A DNA stretch of 64,000 bases from positions 4,436-68,435 of the forward strand of contig JAPLDQ010000009.1 in the NCBI GenBank assembly GCA_026391675.1, in the 5' to 3' direction. This document shows positions 47,468 through 57,035 of the stretch, piece by piece. A program made the translations under genes and the position numbers. Within the stretch, counting starts at the first letter, position 1. Each line of letters begins with the position of its first letter. Under the pieces are notes generated by a model. It saw nothing but the letters and a program-made list of their open reading frames with translations. It searched no databases and was not told the origin of the DNA. The DNA comes from Bacteroidota bacterium (GTDB lineage Bacteria; Bacteroidota; Bacteroidia; Bacteroidales; JACABE01).

Positions 47468-50400
47468 TTATTTCAGATTTAGCATTGAAGCGTCCTGTAG
47501 GCTCAATCGTATTAAGTCTTACAATTATCTTACTCGGTATTGTTGGTTTTAGCTTTCTGGGAATACGTTTATTTCCGGCTATTGATCCTCCTGTAATAAC
47601 AGTACAGACAACTTATACCGGAGCAAATGCAGAAATTATTGAATCTCAGATTACTGAACCACTGGAAAAATCGATTAATGGCATTGAAGGTGTAAAATCA
47701 ATTTCTTCAACTTCTGCTATCGGAAGCAGCAATATAACAGTAGAATTTAATCTGGATGCAGATCTTGAAAAAGCTGCCAATGATGTCAGGGATAAGGTTT
47801 CGCAGGCAGTAAAAAACTTACCACAGGATATTGATGCCCAGCCGACAGTTACCAAATCGGATGCCAACAGTGATCCGATTATTATGCTGATTGCACGAAG
47901 TACAAATATGAATGCCATTGAGTTGAGCGATTATGTCGAAAATATTTTGTTGGAAAAATTTCAAACAATACCCGGCATAAGTTCTGTAGTTATTTATGGA
48001 CAGCAAAAACCTGCAATGCGGTTGTGGCTAAATCCCGAAAAAATGGCAGCTTTGTCTATTACTGCCAGTGATGTTAGTGTTGCATTGGCTAAGGAAAATG
48101 TTGAAATGCCAGGTGGTAAAATCAGAGGTAATAATACTGAACTGATTGTTAAAACTTATGGAAGACTTACCACGGAAGAAGATTTTAATAACCTGATTAT
48201 TAAACAGATTAATAATCAGGTAATACGATTTAGTGATATTGGTGAAGCCATTCTTGGACCTCAAAATGATGAAACCGGAGCAACAATTAATGGAGTTACA
48301 GGTGTTACTTTAGCTTTAATTCCTCTACCGGGTGCCAATAGCATTAAAATTTCTGAAGAATTTTACAAAAGACTCGATCAGGTTAGCAAAAACCTGCCCA
48401 AAGGCTTAAAATTGGATGTTAGTCGCGATAAGTCTATTTTTGTTAAACAATCTGTAAATGATGTTATTGAAACATTGGGAATCGCTATATTTTTAGTAGT
48501 ATTGATTATTTTCCTTTTTTTCAGGAACTGGATTATTGCTATGCGTCCGTTGATTGATATTCCTGTTTCCTTAATAGGAACATTTTTTGTTATGTATTTA
48601 CTGAATTATTCTGTTAATGTCCTTACATTACTTGGGATTGTTCTGGCTACAGGTTTAGTGGTAGATGATGGAATTGTTGTAACCGAGAATATTTTTAAAA
48701 GAATTGAAAAGGGAATGGATAAATGGCAGGCAGCTTTTGAAGGTACTCGCGAAATATTTTTTGCTGTAATATCCACTTCACTTACCCTGGCTATTGTTTT
48801 TATACCCGTTGTTTTCTTACAGGGTTTTACAGGCAGGCTATTCCGTGAGTTTGGTATTGTTGTAGCCTCAGCTGTACTTATTTCTGCTTTGGTATCATTA
48901 ACACTTACACCTGTATTAAATGTAAAATTAGGTGGTTCAGCGTCACATCATTCAAAATTTTATCTGGCAACTGAAGATTTTTATGTAAATCTAGAAAACA
49001 GATACAGGAATATGCTGGGGTTTTTTATTAATAGAAAATGGATTTCAATAATGATTCTTTGTTCTTGTGTTGTATTGATTTTCATTTTTATGTTTTTCAA
49101 TGTTTTAAAATCAGAATTAGCTCCTTATGAAGACCATAGTTATATTCGTTCAACAGTAACTGCTCCTGAAGGAACCGATTACAGCAGTACAAAAAAAATA
49201 CTGGAAAAAATCGCCAGAAAACAAATGGATTCGATACCAGATGCAAATTTTATATTTGTTCGTTATGGTGGAGGCGGTGGAGGCAGTTCCAGCGCCAATT
49301 CAGGCTTTGTTATTACATTTCTTCCTGACCCAAGTGAACGAAAGATTACACAACAACAAGTATATGATAAGTTGCAGAAAATGTACAAAAGTATCCCTGA
49401 TGCACGTATTAGTGCCATGCAGGAAGCAACAATAGCAACTACATCATTTGGTGGCTTGCCGGTACAGTTTGTTTTGCAAAATATTGATTTTAATAAGTTA
49501 AAACAGGTATTACCAAAATTTTTGGAAGAAGCACAAAACAGTCCGTATTTTACAAATGTTGATGTTAACCTCAAATTCAACAAACCTGAATTAAATATTA
49601 CCGTTGACCGTTTAAAAGCTACAAGTCTTGGTGTAAGTGAAAAAGATGTTTCTGATGCACTTGATCTTGCTTTAAGCGGAGGCAGATATGGTTATTTTTT
49701 ACGGAATAATAAGCAATATTTTATTATTGGTCAGGTTGACAGGGAAGACAGAAACAAACCTGCTGATATTTCTTCCCTTTATGTCAGAAATAATGCCGGA
49801 AAAATGATACAACTTGACAATCTGGTAAAAATAGAGGAAAATAGTAACCCGCCTGCCTTATATCATTTTAATCGTTATAAATCTGCTACTGTTTCTGCAA
49901 ACCTTGGACAAGGAAAAACCTTAGGTGAAGGCATAAAAGAAATGCAGCGCATTTCTTCAAAATTACTGGATGAATCGTTCAGTACTGATTTGGCTGGCTC
50001 TTCCAGAGATTTTGCTGAAAGTAGTTCTAATATCTTATTTTCACTAATACTTGCAATTTTATTAATTTATCTGATTCTGGCTGCACAATTCGAAAGCTTT
50101 CTTGATCCGTTAATAATTATGCTAACAGTTCCAATGGCTTTCACAGGAGCTATTCTTTCATTATGGATATTTGGACAAACATTAAATATTTTTTCTGAAA
50201 TCGGTATGATATTACTCATTGGAATAGTAACGAAAAATGGAATATTAATTGTGGAATTTGCTAACCAGAAACGAAAACTTGGGTTATCAAAAAAGGAAGC
50301 TGGCTTTGAAGCTGCTTCAGCCCGCTTTCGCCCTATTATTATGACTTCATTAGCTACAATGTTTGGTGCACTGCCAATTGCTTTTGCTATGGGTTCCGGT

Positions 50401-50532
50401 GCTGAAAGTCGTGTTTCATTGGGTATTGTCGTTGTTGGTGGGTTGTTATTTGCGTTGATACTGACTTTATTTGTTATTCCTGTTATGTATATTATGATGT
50501 CTCGGAAAAAAGAATTAGGAAATAGGAATTAG
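47464..50532 (+). CDS. RND (AcrB/HAE1-type) efflux permease
   Basis: 1022 aa, 12-TM plus two large periplasmic loops. RPV.S.V....I.L.G, VVDDGIVVTENI, GILIVEFAN. Unusual YGGGGGGSSSANSG insert. Confidence 0.95.
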   Translation: MIISDLALKRPVGSIVLSLTIILLGIVGFSFLGIRLFPAIDPPVITVQTTYTGANAEIIESQITEPLEKSINGIEGVKSISSTSAIGSSNITVEFNLDADLEKAANDVRDKVSQAVKNLPQDIDAQPTVTKSDANSDPIIMLIARSTNMNAIELSDYVENILLEKFQTIPGISSVVIYGQQKPAMRLWLNPEKMAALSITASDVSVALAKENVEMPGGKIRGNNTELIVKTYGRLTTEEDFNNLIIKQINNQVIRFSDIGEAILGPQNDETGATINGVTGVTLALIPLPGANSIKISEEFYKRLDQVSKNLPKGLKLDVSRDKSIFVKQSVNDVIETLGIAIFLVVLIIFLFFRNWIIAMRPLIDIPVSLIGTFFVMYLLNYSVNVLTLLGIVLATGLVVDDGIVVTENIFKRIEKGMDKWQAAFEGTREIFFAVISTSLTLAIVFIPVVFLQGFTGRLFREFGIVVASAVLISALVSLTLTPVLNVKLGGSASHHSKFYLATEDFYVNLENRYRNMLGFFINRKWISIMILCSCVVLIFIFMFFNVLKSELAPYEDHSYIRSTVTAPEGTDYSSTKKILEKIARKQMDSIPDANFIFVRYGGGGGGSSSANSGFVITFLPDPSERKITQQQVYDKLQKMYKSIPDARISAMQEATIATTSFGGLPVQFVLQNIDFNKLKQVLPKFLEEAQNSPYFTNVDVNLKFNKPELNITVDRLKATSLGVSEKDVSDALDLALSGGRYGYFLRNNKQYFIIGQVDREDRNKPADISSLYVRNNAGKMIQLDNLVKIEENSNPPALYHFNRYKSATVSANLGQGKTLGEGIKEMQRISSKLLDESFSTDLAGSSRDFAESSSNILFSLILAILLIYLILAAQFESFLDPLIIMLTVPMAFTGAILSLWIFGQTLNIFSEIGMILLIGIVTKNGILIVEFANQKRKLGLSKKEAGFEAASARFRPIIMTSLATMFGALPIAFAMGSGAESRVSLGIVVVGGLLFALILTLFVIPVMYIMMSRKKELGNRN

Positions 50533-50937
50533 GAAACTGGAATTAAAAATGAAAAATAGCAATATATTACAAGAAAAATCATATGCTTTTGCAATTAGAA
50601 TTGTGAAAGTTTATAAGTTTCTGGTTGATAAAAAAAAGGAATTTGTTTTGTCAAAGCAATTATTAAGAAGCGGAACATCAATTGGAGCAAATACAGAAGA
50701 AGCAATTGGAGGACAGACAGAAAAAGACTTTTTTGCTAAAATGAATATTGTATATAAAGAAGCCCGTGAAACACATTATTGGATAAGATTATTAAAAGAT
50801 ACGGATTTTTTAGATGAAAATCAGGCACAGTCTTTATTGATTGATTGTGATGAGATATTAAAAATATCTGGCAGTAGTATAAAAACATTAAAAATTAAAA
50901 TGAATAAAATCTTTCCTAATTCCTAATTCCAGATTCC
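50512..50937 (+). mobile_element. Candidate IVS-like cassette: four-helix-bundle ORF bracketed by GGAATTAGGAA-based inverted repeats
   Basis: Left flank GAATTAGGAAATAGGAATTAGGAAACTGGAATT. Right flank TTTCCTAATTCCTAATTCCAGATTCC. 50525-50536 is perfectly complementary to 50912-50923. 50532-50544 pairs 12/13 with 50925-50937. Confidence 0.4.
50549..50926 (+). CDS. Four-helix-bundle protein (23S rRNA intervening-sequence protein / Avd-like family)
   Basis: Family strings LSKQLLRSGTSIGANTEEA, KDFFAKMNIVYKEARETHYWIRLL. 125 aa. Confidence 0.85.
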   Translation: MKNSNILQEKSYAFAIRIVKVYKFLVDKKKEFVLSKQLLRSGTSIGANTEEAIGGQTEKDFFAKMNIVYKEARETHYWIRLLKDTDFLDENQAQSLLIDCDEILKISGSSIKTLKIKMNKIFPNS

Positions 50938-50952
50938 AAATAATAAAACCCA

Positions 50953-52245
50953 ATGAAATCATTTATATCTTTAATATTTATTAGCATAATTTCAATTGCT
51001 AACGCACAGCAGGTTTTAACTGTTGAGGATGCATTAAAAACAGCGTTGAAAAACAATTATGGTATTTTAATCTCCCGCAATGAGACTGAAATATCAAAAA
51101 CTAATAATACAGCAGGAAATGCAGGAATGTTACCAAATATTTCTGCATTTGGAAATGGGAATTTTGAATCAAACAATGTTAATCAGAATTATGCAGGAGG
51201 AACTTCTTCAAGCTATAATGGATTAACGACTATTTCATTAAATGCGGGAACAGAACTTAGCTGGACTTTGTTTGATGGTGGTAAAATGTTTGTTACCAAG
51301 AATAAATTAAGTGAAATAGAAGCGTTAAGTGAAATACAGTTAAAGGATAAAATATTTCAAACCCAATATGATGTTATCTCAGCTTATTTCGATGTAGTAA
51401 GGCAAAAACAACAATTAACTTCAATCAATGAGATTATTAAATATAATACCGAATTGGTTAAAATTCTGGAAATATCCTTTAATGCCGGGTCAATTGCAAA
51501 AAACAACCTGTTGCAAGCCAAAATTGACCTGAATGTTTATAAAGAAAATGCTATAAATCAGGAGTATGTTATCATTGCTGCAAAAAAGACGCTAAACCAA
51601 TTAATTGGCGTAAGTATTGATTCTCCTTTTGAAGTAAATGATTCTATTCCATTAAATTATACTTTTAATAAAGCTGAAATCAATAAAAAACTATTTGCTT
51701 CAAACACTACAATTTTATCCTTTCAAAAAGAAATTGATATAGCTAAACTAAGTTTGACAGAATACAACCGCATGCGTTATCCGCTTATAAATTTAAAAGC
51801 CGGCTATTATTATTCTCATACCGATAATTCTGCTGGTTCATTATTAAAAAATCAGGCTTATGGTCCACAGATTGGCGGTTCAATTAGTATTCCGCTTTAT
51901 CAGTCAGCAAAGATTAACCGGCAAATTTCTATTGCCAGTATTGAGATCCAGTCTGCTACTTTTAATCTTGAAAATTTAAAATCCCAGCTCAATAAAGATT
52001 TGCAAAATGCAATTGTAAGTTATGAAAATCAGCAGCGTTTGCTGGATATTGAAAAAGAAAATAATGCATTTGCAAAGGAAAATCTTGAAATCAGCCTGCA
52101 ACGATTGAAATTAGGACAAACTAATACGATAGAAGTTCATCTGGCTCAGGAAAATTATGTACAATCCATGACAAGACTTATCAATTTTAAATATAATCTT
52201 AAAATTGCTGAAACCAAACTCAAGCAATTATTGGCAGAGTTATAA
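50953..52245 (+). CDS. TolC-family outer-membrane efflux protein (RND partner)
   Basis: Signal peptide, LTVEDALKTALKNNYGI start, two coiled-coil/beta repeats. 430 aa. Confidence 0.85.
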   Translation: MKSFISLIFISIISIANAQQVLTVEDALKTALKNNYGILISRNETEISKTNNTAGNAGMLPNISAFGNGNFESNNVNQNYAGGTSSSYNGLTTISLNAGTELSWTLFDGGKMFVTKNKLSEIEALSEIQLKDKIFQTQYDVISAYFDVVRQKQQLTSINEIIKYNTELVKILEISFNAGSIAKNNLLQAKIDLNVYKENAINQEYVIIAAKKTLNQLIGVSIDSPFEVNDSIPLNYTFNKAEINKKLFASNTTILSFQKEIDIAKLSLTEYNRMRYPLINLKAGYYYSHTDNSAGSLLKNQAYGPQIGGSISIPLYQSAKINRQISIASIEIQSATFNLENLKSQLNKDLQNAIVSYENQQRLLDIEKENNAFAKENLEISLQRLKLGQTNTIEVHLAQENYVQSMTRLINFKYNLKIAETKLKQLLAEL

Positions 52246-52271
52246 TAATTCTTTAATTCCCACTCCGTTTA

Positions 52272-53582
52272 TTAATAAATATTTGAGCCTAAAGCTATTT
52301 TAAGCTTTAAATAACTCAGGCTATAGTCAATTTTAGCTTTTAATACAGCTAATCCGGCTTCAGATAATGAAGTGGAATTGTCTAATAATTCCAGATTAGT
52401 AATAACACCCGACTTAAAACTGGTTTCGGCTAAATTGTATGCTTTTTCAGCTTGCTGAAGCTGCAATTCAGATTGTTTGATTTTTTGTGCAGCAGATGAT
52501 ATATTAGCCTGACATTCAATAACATCATTTGTGATATTTCTTTTTATAAGTTCAACGTCATCTTTGTTGCTTTCAATTTCTGTTTTGGTTTGTAATTTAT
52601 TATATTTAGTCCGGTTTGCATCAAAAAGAGGTATTTTTAAATTCAGACCTACAGCATAATTTAATTTTTCAGAATATATATCCGGGGTATAACCATTCTT
52701 AAAACCACTGGCAGCAAAGAAATTTAAAACCGGATAATTTTGCATTCCTATCGATTTAAAATGTATTGTTGAAAGTATCGTTTTTTGCTCAGCTATTTTT
52801 ATTTCGTTTCTGGTGTTATATGCAGTAACCAATAATGAATCAGTTGAATTAACTGTTTCCATAGCCAGCAATTCCTTTTTTACTGTTATCTTTGAATTAT
52901 CAGATCTTCCCAGCATAGTATTTAACTGACAACTCTGTATTTTAAGCGCAGTTAGTAAATCGGTTTTTTGATTTTCAATTGCAGAGATTCTTACTTTTGT
53001 AGTAAGTACTTCATATTGGGTAGCTGAACCACTTGCTGCTTTTTTTTCAATAAAATTAAGATGTTCATTCAAAGTACTGAGTTGTTCGTTTTTAATATTT
53101 ATGGCTTCCTGCAGAAATACTATTGAATAATAAATATTAATTACTAAATTAGATAGTCTTTGTTTAAGTTGTGTTGCAGATAAATCAACAATATCCTTAT
53201 TTTGGTTTTCGTAATCTATGTTATTACTGGTTTTCCCAAAATCGTAAATTGTCTGATTGTAATTAACTGTTGCAGAAAAATTATCGGCAGGATTCAGGTT
53301 AAAGCTACCTAATCCGGGCAAACTAATAGTTGCAACCGGTCCAACATGTGTATAATTGGAATTGATTGATATATCAGGAAAATAAGCAGATTTAGCCAAT
53401 CCTATTCTGGCAGTTGCAGCAATCTTTTCCTGTTCACTCTTTTTTATGGATGGATAATTCGTTAATACCTCCTTAAGAACATTTTGTAATGAAAGCGTAT
53501 CATTACCTGAGTTGGATTGTGCTGAAAGCTGAAAGCTGAAAGCTATTAATAATAGTAATAAGCTGATTTTATTTGATTTCAT
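52272..53582 (-). CDS. TolC-family outer-membrane efflux protein (MFS-system partner)
   Basis: Signal peptide, LSLQNVLKEVLTNYPSI start, duplicated TolC repeat architecture. 436 aa. Confidence 0.85.
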   Translation of the reverse strand: MKSNKISLLLLLIAFSFQLSAQSNSGNDTLSLQNVLKEVLTNYPSIKKSEQEKIAATARIGLAKSAYFPDISINSNYTHVGPVATISLPGLGSFNLNPADNFSATVNYNQTIYDFGKTSNNIDYENQNKDIVDLSATQLKQRLSNLVINIYYSIVFLQEAINIKNEQLSTLNEHLNFIEKKAASGSATQYEVLTTKVRISAIENQKTDLLTALKIQSCQLNTMLGRSDNSKITVKKELLAMETVNSTDSLLVTAYNTRNEIKIAEQKTILSTIHFKSIGMQNYPVLNFFAASGFKNGYTPDIYSEKLNYAVGLNLKIPLFDANRTKYNKLQTKTEIESNKDDVELIKRNITNDVIECQANISSAAQKIKQSELQLQQAEKAYNLAETSFKSGVITNLELLDNSTSLSEAGLAVLKAKIDYSLSYLKLKIALGSNIY

Positions 53583-53587
53583 AAGAT

Positions 53588-55201
53588 TTAAGTATTTTTA
53601 ATTTCTTCAGTTTTTTTTATTGAACGTAAAATTACTGTAGGTATAATCCCGATTAAAGTAAACAGTGCCGCAATAAGAAAATCATCATCTATGCCCTGAA
53701 TAAAGGCCTGTTTGCTGATTCCTGAAACAATAATTGCCTTTCCTTGCTGCATCGCTGTGGTCATTGTACTGCCTGCATGACTCTGAAGGTAATATGACAT
53801 ATTTGTAATTACATTTTTAAATTCCTGTGATCCTGATAGTATAGCATTTCCAAATTGCTGGGCATGATAATTTACCCTTGATGCCAGCAGGGTTGTAAAA
53901 ATGGCAACGCCTATACTTCCGGCAATCTGACGAATGGTATTCGTAATGGCTGATGCCTGTGCCATTTTATCACGGGATATTGTGAGCAATGACATAGCAC
54001 TCAGCGGTGTATAAATAATACCCATGGCAAAACCTCTGATGTACAAAGAAGTCATTATAAAGTTATGTTCTGAAAGAAAGGACAGCTTTGAATTTAAATA
54101 AAAGCTGAAAGTAAGTAATATCAAACCGAGTATAATAGGGATTTTAGCTGATGTCTTATTCGAAAAAAAACCGGCCAGAGGCGAAGCAATTCCCTGGATA
54201 ATACCTACAGGTAAAAAGACAGAGCCTGCCTGTATAGCTGTGTATCCTAATGAGTTTTGCAGATAAAGCGGCATAAGGAAAGTACTGCCGAACATTCCGA
54301 TACTGAAAATAAATAAGATGAGGTTTGCAGCCCCAAAATTAGTATTCTTCAATAAACGTAATTCAAGCAATGGGTGCTCTGTAGTGAGTTCATGAGTAAT
54401 AAATACTGCCAGGGCTATTATTGAAATGGCAAAACAAAATAATATATAAGGAGCTGACCATCCCATTGAATTTGTTGCTGCATTTCCTTCAGATAATGCA
54501 AATAATAATACCGGCAGGAATATAACTACGGATATAAAACCAATAAAATCGAATCCTCTGATTTTTTTATTGATATACTCTTTTTGAACAATAATGGTAA
54601 ATAACATAGCCATAATACCAACAGGTATATTTACATCAAATATCAACTGCCAGCTGAAGTTATCGACCAGATAACCACCAATTAAAGGACCAAATGAAAT
54701 TGAAGCAGCTGCTGATATAGCCCAGAAACCAAGTGCTATTCCTCTTTGTTTTACTGGGAATTCTCTTGTAACTATTGCCATTCCAAGTGGCTGAATGGTG
54801 CCGGCACCTAAACCTTGTATAATGCGGGAAATAATTAAAGTGTTCTCATCATTGGAAAGCCCACAGAGCAGAGATCCCAGTGTGAAAAAGAACAAGCCTA
54901 AGAAATATATTCTTTTAAATCCGAATTTATCGGCTATCCATCCCGATGTGGGAAGCATTACTGCCATGGCCAACATATAGGCTGTAATTACCCATTCAAT
55001 TTTATCAAGACCAACACCAAAAGTGGACATAATTTTGGGTAATCCCACATTTACAATTGTGCTGTCAAGCACTGCCATAAATGTACCAATCATAATATTC
55101 GCCAAAACAAACCATTTGTATAAATTGTTTTGAGGATGAAAGCCCGAATCGCGGCTTCTGACTTTACTACGAAGCTTATGGGAAACAGATAATTTACGCA
55201 T
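53588..55201 (-). CDS. DHA2-family (EmrB/QacA-type, 14-TM) MFS efflux transporter
   Basis: FMAVLDSTIVNVGLP, GWIADKFGFKR, 14 hydrophobic segments. TAATG overlap with the upstream HlyD gene. Confidence 0.9.
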   Translation of the reverse strand: MRKLSVSHKLRSKVRSRDSGFHPQNNLYKWFVLANIMIGTFMAVLDSTIVNVGLPKIMSTFGVGLDKIEWVITAYMLAMAVMLPTSGWIADKFGFKRIYFLGLFFFTLGSLLCGLSNDENTLIISRIIQGLGAGTIQPLGMAIVTREFPVKQRGIALGFWAISAAASISFGPLIGGYLVDNFSWQLIFDVNIPVGIMAMLFTIIVQKEYINKKIRGFDFIGFISVVIFLPVLLFALSEGNAATNSMGWSAPYILFCFAISIIALAVFITHELTTEHPLLELRLLKNTNFGAANLILFIFSIGMFGSTFLMPLYLQNSLGYTAIQAGSVFLPVGIIQGIASPLAGFFSNKTSAKIPIILGLILLTFSFYLNSKLSFLSEHNFIMTSLYIRGFAMGIIYTPLSAMSLLTISRDKMAQASAITNTIRQIAGSIGVAIFTTLLASRVNYHAQQFGNAILSGSQEFKNVITNMSYYLQSHAGSTMTTAMQQGKAIIVSGISKQAFIQGIDDDFLIAALFTLIGIIPTVILRSIKKTEEIKNT

Positions 55202-56199
55202 TAATCTTTAATAATTTTAACCACACTTGACATGCCTGATAAAAAGCGAAATGCTGAAATATTTTTATTGTTCAACGTAGCATCAATTGATATCTTTATT
55301 GGAACACGCTGTGTAACTTTGGTAAAATTTCCTGAAGCATTATTGGCAGGGATTAACGAAAATTGAGAGGCTGTGGTGGATCCGATTGAAAAGACTTTTC
55401 CTGTGAAAGTAATATCAGGAAAAGCATCAATGCTAAATTTCGTTGCCTGACCTAAATGCAGCATACCTAAACTGGTTTCTTCCAAAAATACAATAACCCA
55501 ATATTTGTTATTATTGGTAATGGTGTAAATGGATTGCCCTGCCTGAACAATATCCCCTGCAAGTAACCAGCGTTTGGCTATAATTCCCTGACTTGGTGCA
55601 TAAAGTTTGGTATTTTTCAGTTGTGTTTTTATAACATTAATTTGCGCTTCAGCGTTTTCTATTGCTTTACCTGCAGTTGAAATCTGTGATTTTGAGACCA
55701 TTAATTGTGATTTAGCCGCTTCAAGCTGAGCCTGGGCAGTTTCAAATGTTTTTTTGATATGATCATACTGTTCTTTTGAAATGACATCCCCTGCAAATTG
55801 AGTTTTTGCCCTGTCAAAATCCTCCTGAGCACGACTTAAACCTACTTCAAGCACTTTAATATTTGACTGATCTGAAGCATATTTAGCCTCTGCCTGATTT
55901 TTGTTTGCTTCTGTCTGTTCTTTTGCAGCTATTGATTGCAGTTTTTGTGCAATCAAATCTGTACTGTCTAACTCTGCCAAAAGCATACCTGAATATACTG
56001 AATCTCCTTCCTGGGCAAATATTTTGCTGATTCTGCCCAAAATTTTCGAACTTACTGATACTATGTCTGATTCTAAATGAGCATCATCAGTTGTAATATA
56101 TTTTATATAGTCTCTGTACCAAAAAATGCTGCCAATGATTACTGCCAGAATTACAATTGTCAGAGGTATATAAACTTTAAGGTTTTTCTTTTTCTTCAT
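55201..56199 (-). CDS. HlyD/EmrA-family membrane fusion protein
   Basis: N-terminal TM anchor, TDDAHLESDIV, long coiled coil, YAPSQGIIA. Confidence 0.88.
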   Translation of the reverse strand: MKKKKNLKVYIPLTIVILAVIIGSIFWYRDYIKYITTDDAHLESDIVSVSSKILGRISKIFAQEGDSVYSGMLLAELDSTDLIAQKLQSIAAKEQTEANKNQAEAKYASDQSNIKVLEVGLSRAQEDFDRAKTQFAGDVISKEQYDHIKKTFETAQAQLEAAKSQLMVSKSQISTAGKAIENAEAQINVIKTQLKNTKLYAPSQGIIAKRWLLAGDIVQAGQSIYTITNNNKYWVIVFLEETSLGMLHLGQATKFSIDAFPDITFTGKVFSIGSTTASQFSLIPANNASGNFTKVTQRVPIKISIDATLNNKNISAFRFLSGMSSVVKIIKD

Positions 56200-56230
56200 G
56201 TTAATTTACTTAAATTCGGATTAATTTTTT

Positions 56231-56728
56231 TTATTTTTTATTTAAATTTTCGGTTGATGGATTACATGGATGGCAAGGGTCTGAAGGAATTAATATCAAT
56301 ATTTCCTTAACCTGTTGTGAAGCTGTAGATAATATGCTTAAATTTTCTTTACTGAGTAACTGTAATCTCTCTTTCATTTCAAGACTTATTTCTTTTTTTA
56401 TGGAATTATAATCGTCCATGCCTTTTTTTGTGATTTGTATATATATAATCCTACGGTCTGCAGGATCATTCAGCCTTTCAACCAAATCATCGGCAATAAG
56501 TCTGTCAACTAAAGTTGTAACTGTTGGTTTTGGAACAGCCAGATAACATCCTATTTCTGACATGGATAGCTTTCCATAATTGTGCAAAGTTCCCAATACA
56601 AGTAAAGTTCCATGGGTATGGTTACTTTTATTCCGTATTACTTTGGTATAATCTTTTGAAAGTAATGGTTTTATTGAAAACAGATTTTCAATAATGAGAT
56701 CAATATTTGACCCTGTTTCCTCTTTCAT
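56231..56728 (-). CDS. MarR-family transcriptional regulator
   Basis: Winged HTH LSMSEIGCYLAVPKPTVTTLVDRLIADDLVERLNDPADRR. First gene of the efflux operon. Confidence 0.85.
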   Translation of the reverse strand: MKEETGSNIDLIIENLFSIKPLLSKDYTKVIRNKSNHTHGTLLVLGTLHNYGKLSMSEIGCYLAVPKPTVTTLVDRLIADDLVERLNDPADRRIIYIQITKKGMDDYNSIKKEISLEMKERLQLLSKENLSILSTASQQVKEILILIPSDPCHPCNPSTENLNKK

Positions 56729-56765
56729 CGTTAAATTTTTTAATAGTTTATATTAATAATGGTTA

Positions 56766-56773
56766 CAAAAGTA
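56766..56773 (-). promoter_or_regulatory. -7 box TACTTTTG for the marR efflux operon
   Basis: Plus strand reads CAAAAGTA, 38 nt upstream of ATG 56728. Confidence 0.5.
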
Positions 56774-56891
56774 TAACTATTAACAATATTAAACCAATAT
56801 GGATTCGGATATTAGTAAAATTTAACAAAAATTATATGATTATGATAAATTAAGAGGCTGTCTCAAAAGTTTAATTTACTTGCATATCAAC

Positions 56892-56967
56892 CTCTGTGTA
56901 ACTCTGTGACTTCTCATTAATTCTCTGTGTAATAAATATTTAATAATTTGCACAGAGTTACACAGAG
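56892..56967. repeat. CTCTGTG/CACAGAG word array including a perfect 17-nt inverted repeat
   Basis: CTCTGTGTAACTCTGTG (56892-56908) is the exact reverse complement of CACAGAGTTACACAGAG (56951-56967). A third CTCTGTG is at 56923-56929. Confidence 0.9.
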
Positions 56968-56974
56968 AAAATTT

Positions 56975-56999
56975 AGAGGTTCACAAAGACTTAACCTCT
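56975..56999 (-). terminator. Possible terminator of the GH38-like gene
   Basis: AGAGGTT...AACCTCT 7-bp stem with an 11-nt loop. On the minus strand it is followed by AAATTTTCT. Confidence 0.35.
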
Positions 57000-57035
57000 T
57001 AATTAGATTGGGATATAATATTTTAGAATTTATAT

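Noticed and set aside
49263-49583. Minus-strand ORF ending in PPPPPP, and similarly 63272..63454 (PPPPPPP) and 63643..63906
   Set aside because: The poly-Pro is simply the reverse complement of the GGN runs encoding poly-Gly in the RND pump insert and in the TonB linker. These are shadow ORFs.
50549-50926. Idea that the four-helix-bundle ORF marks a diversity-generating retroelement (it belongs to the same broad family as DGR Avd proteins)
   Set aside because: No reverse transcriptase gene and no template/variable repeat pair appear anywhere in the 64 kb. The flanks are efflux genes.
53521-53544. (GCTGAAA)x3 heptanucleotide tandem repeat inside the signal-peptide codons of the minus-strand TolC gene (possible slipped-strand phase switch)
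   Set aside because: Three units are too few for an established contingency locus. It encodes an ordinary AFSFQLSAQ signal-peptide end. It is worth only a glance in strain comparisons.
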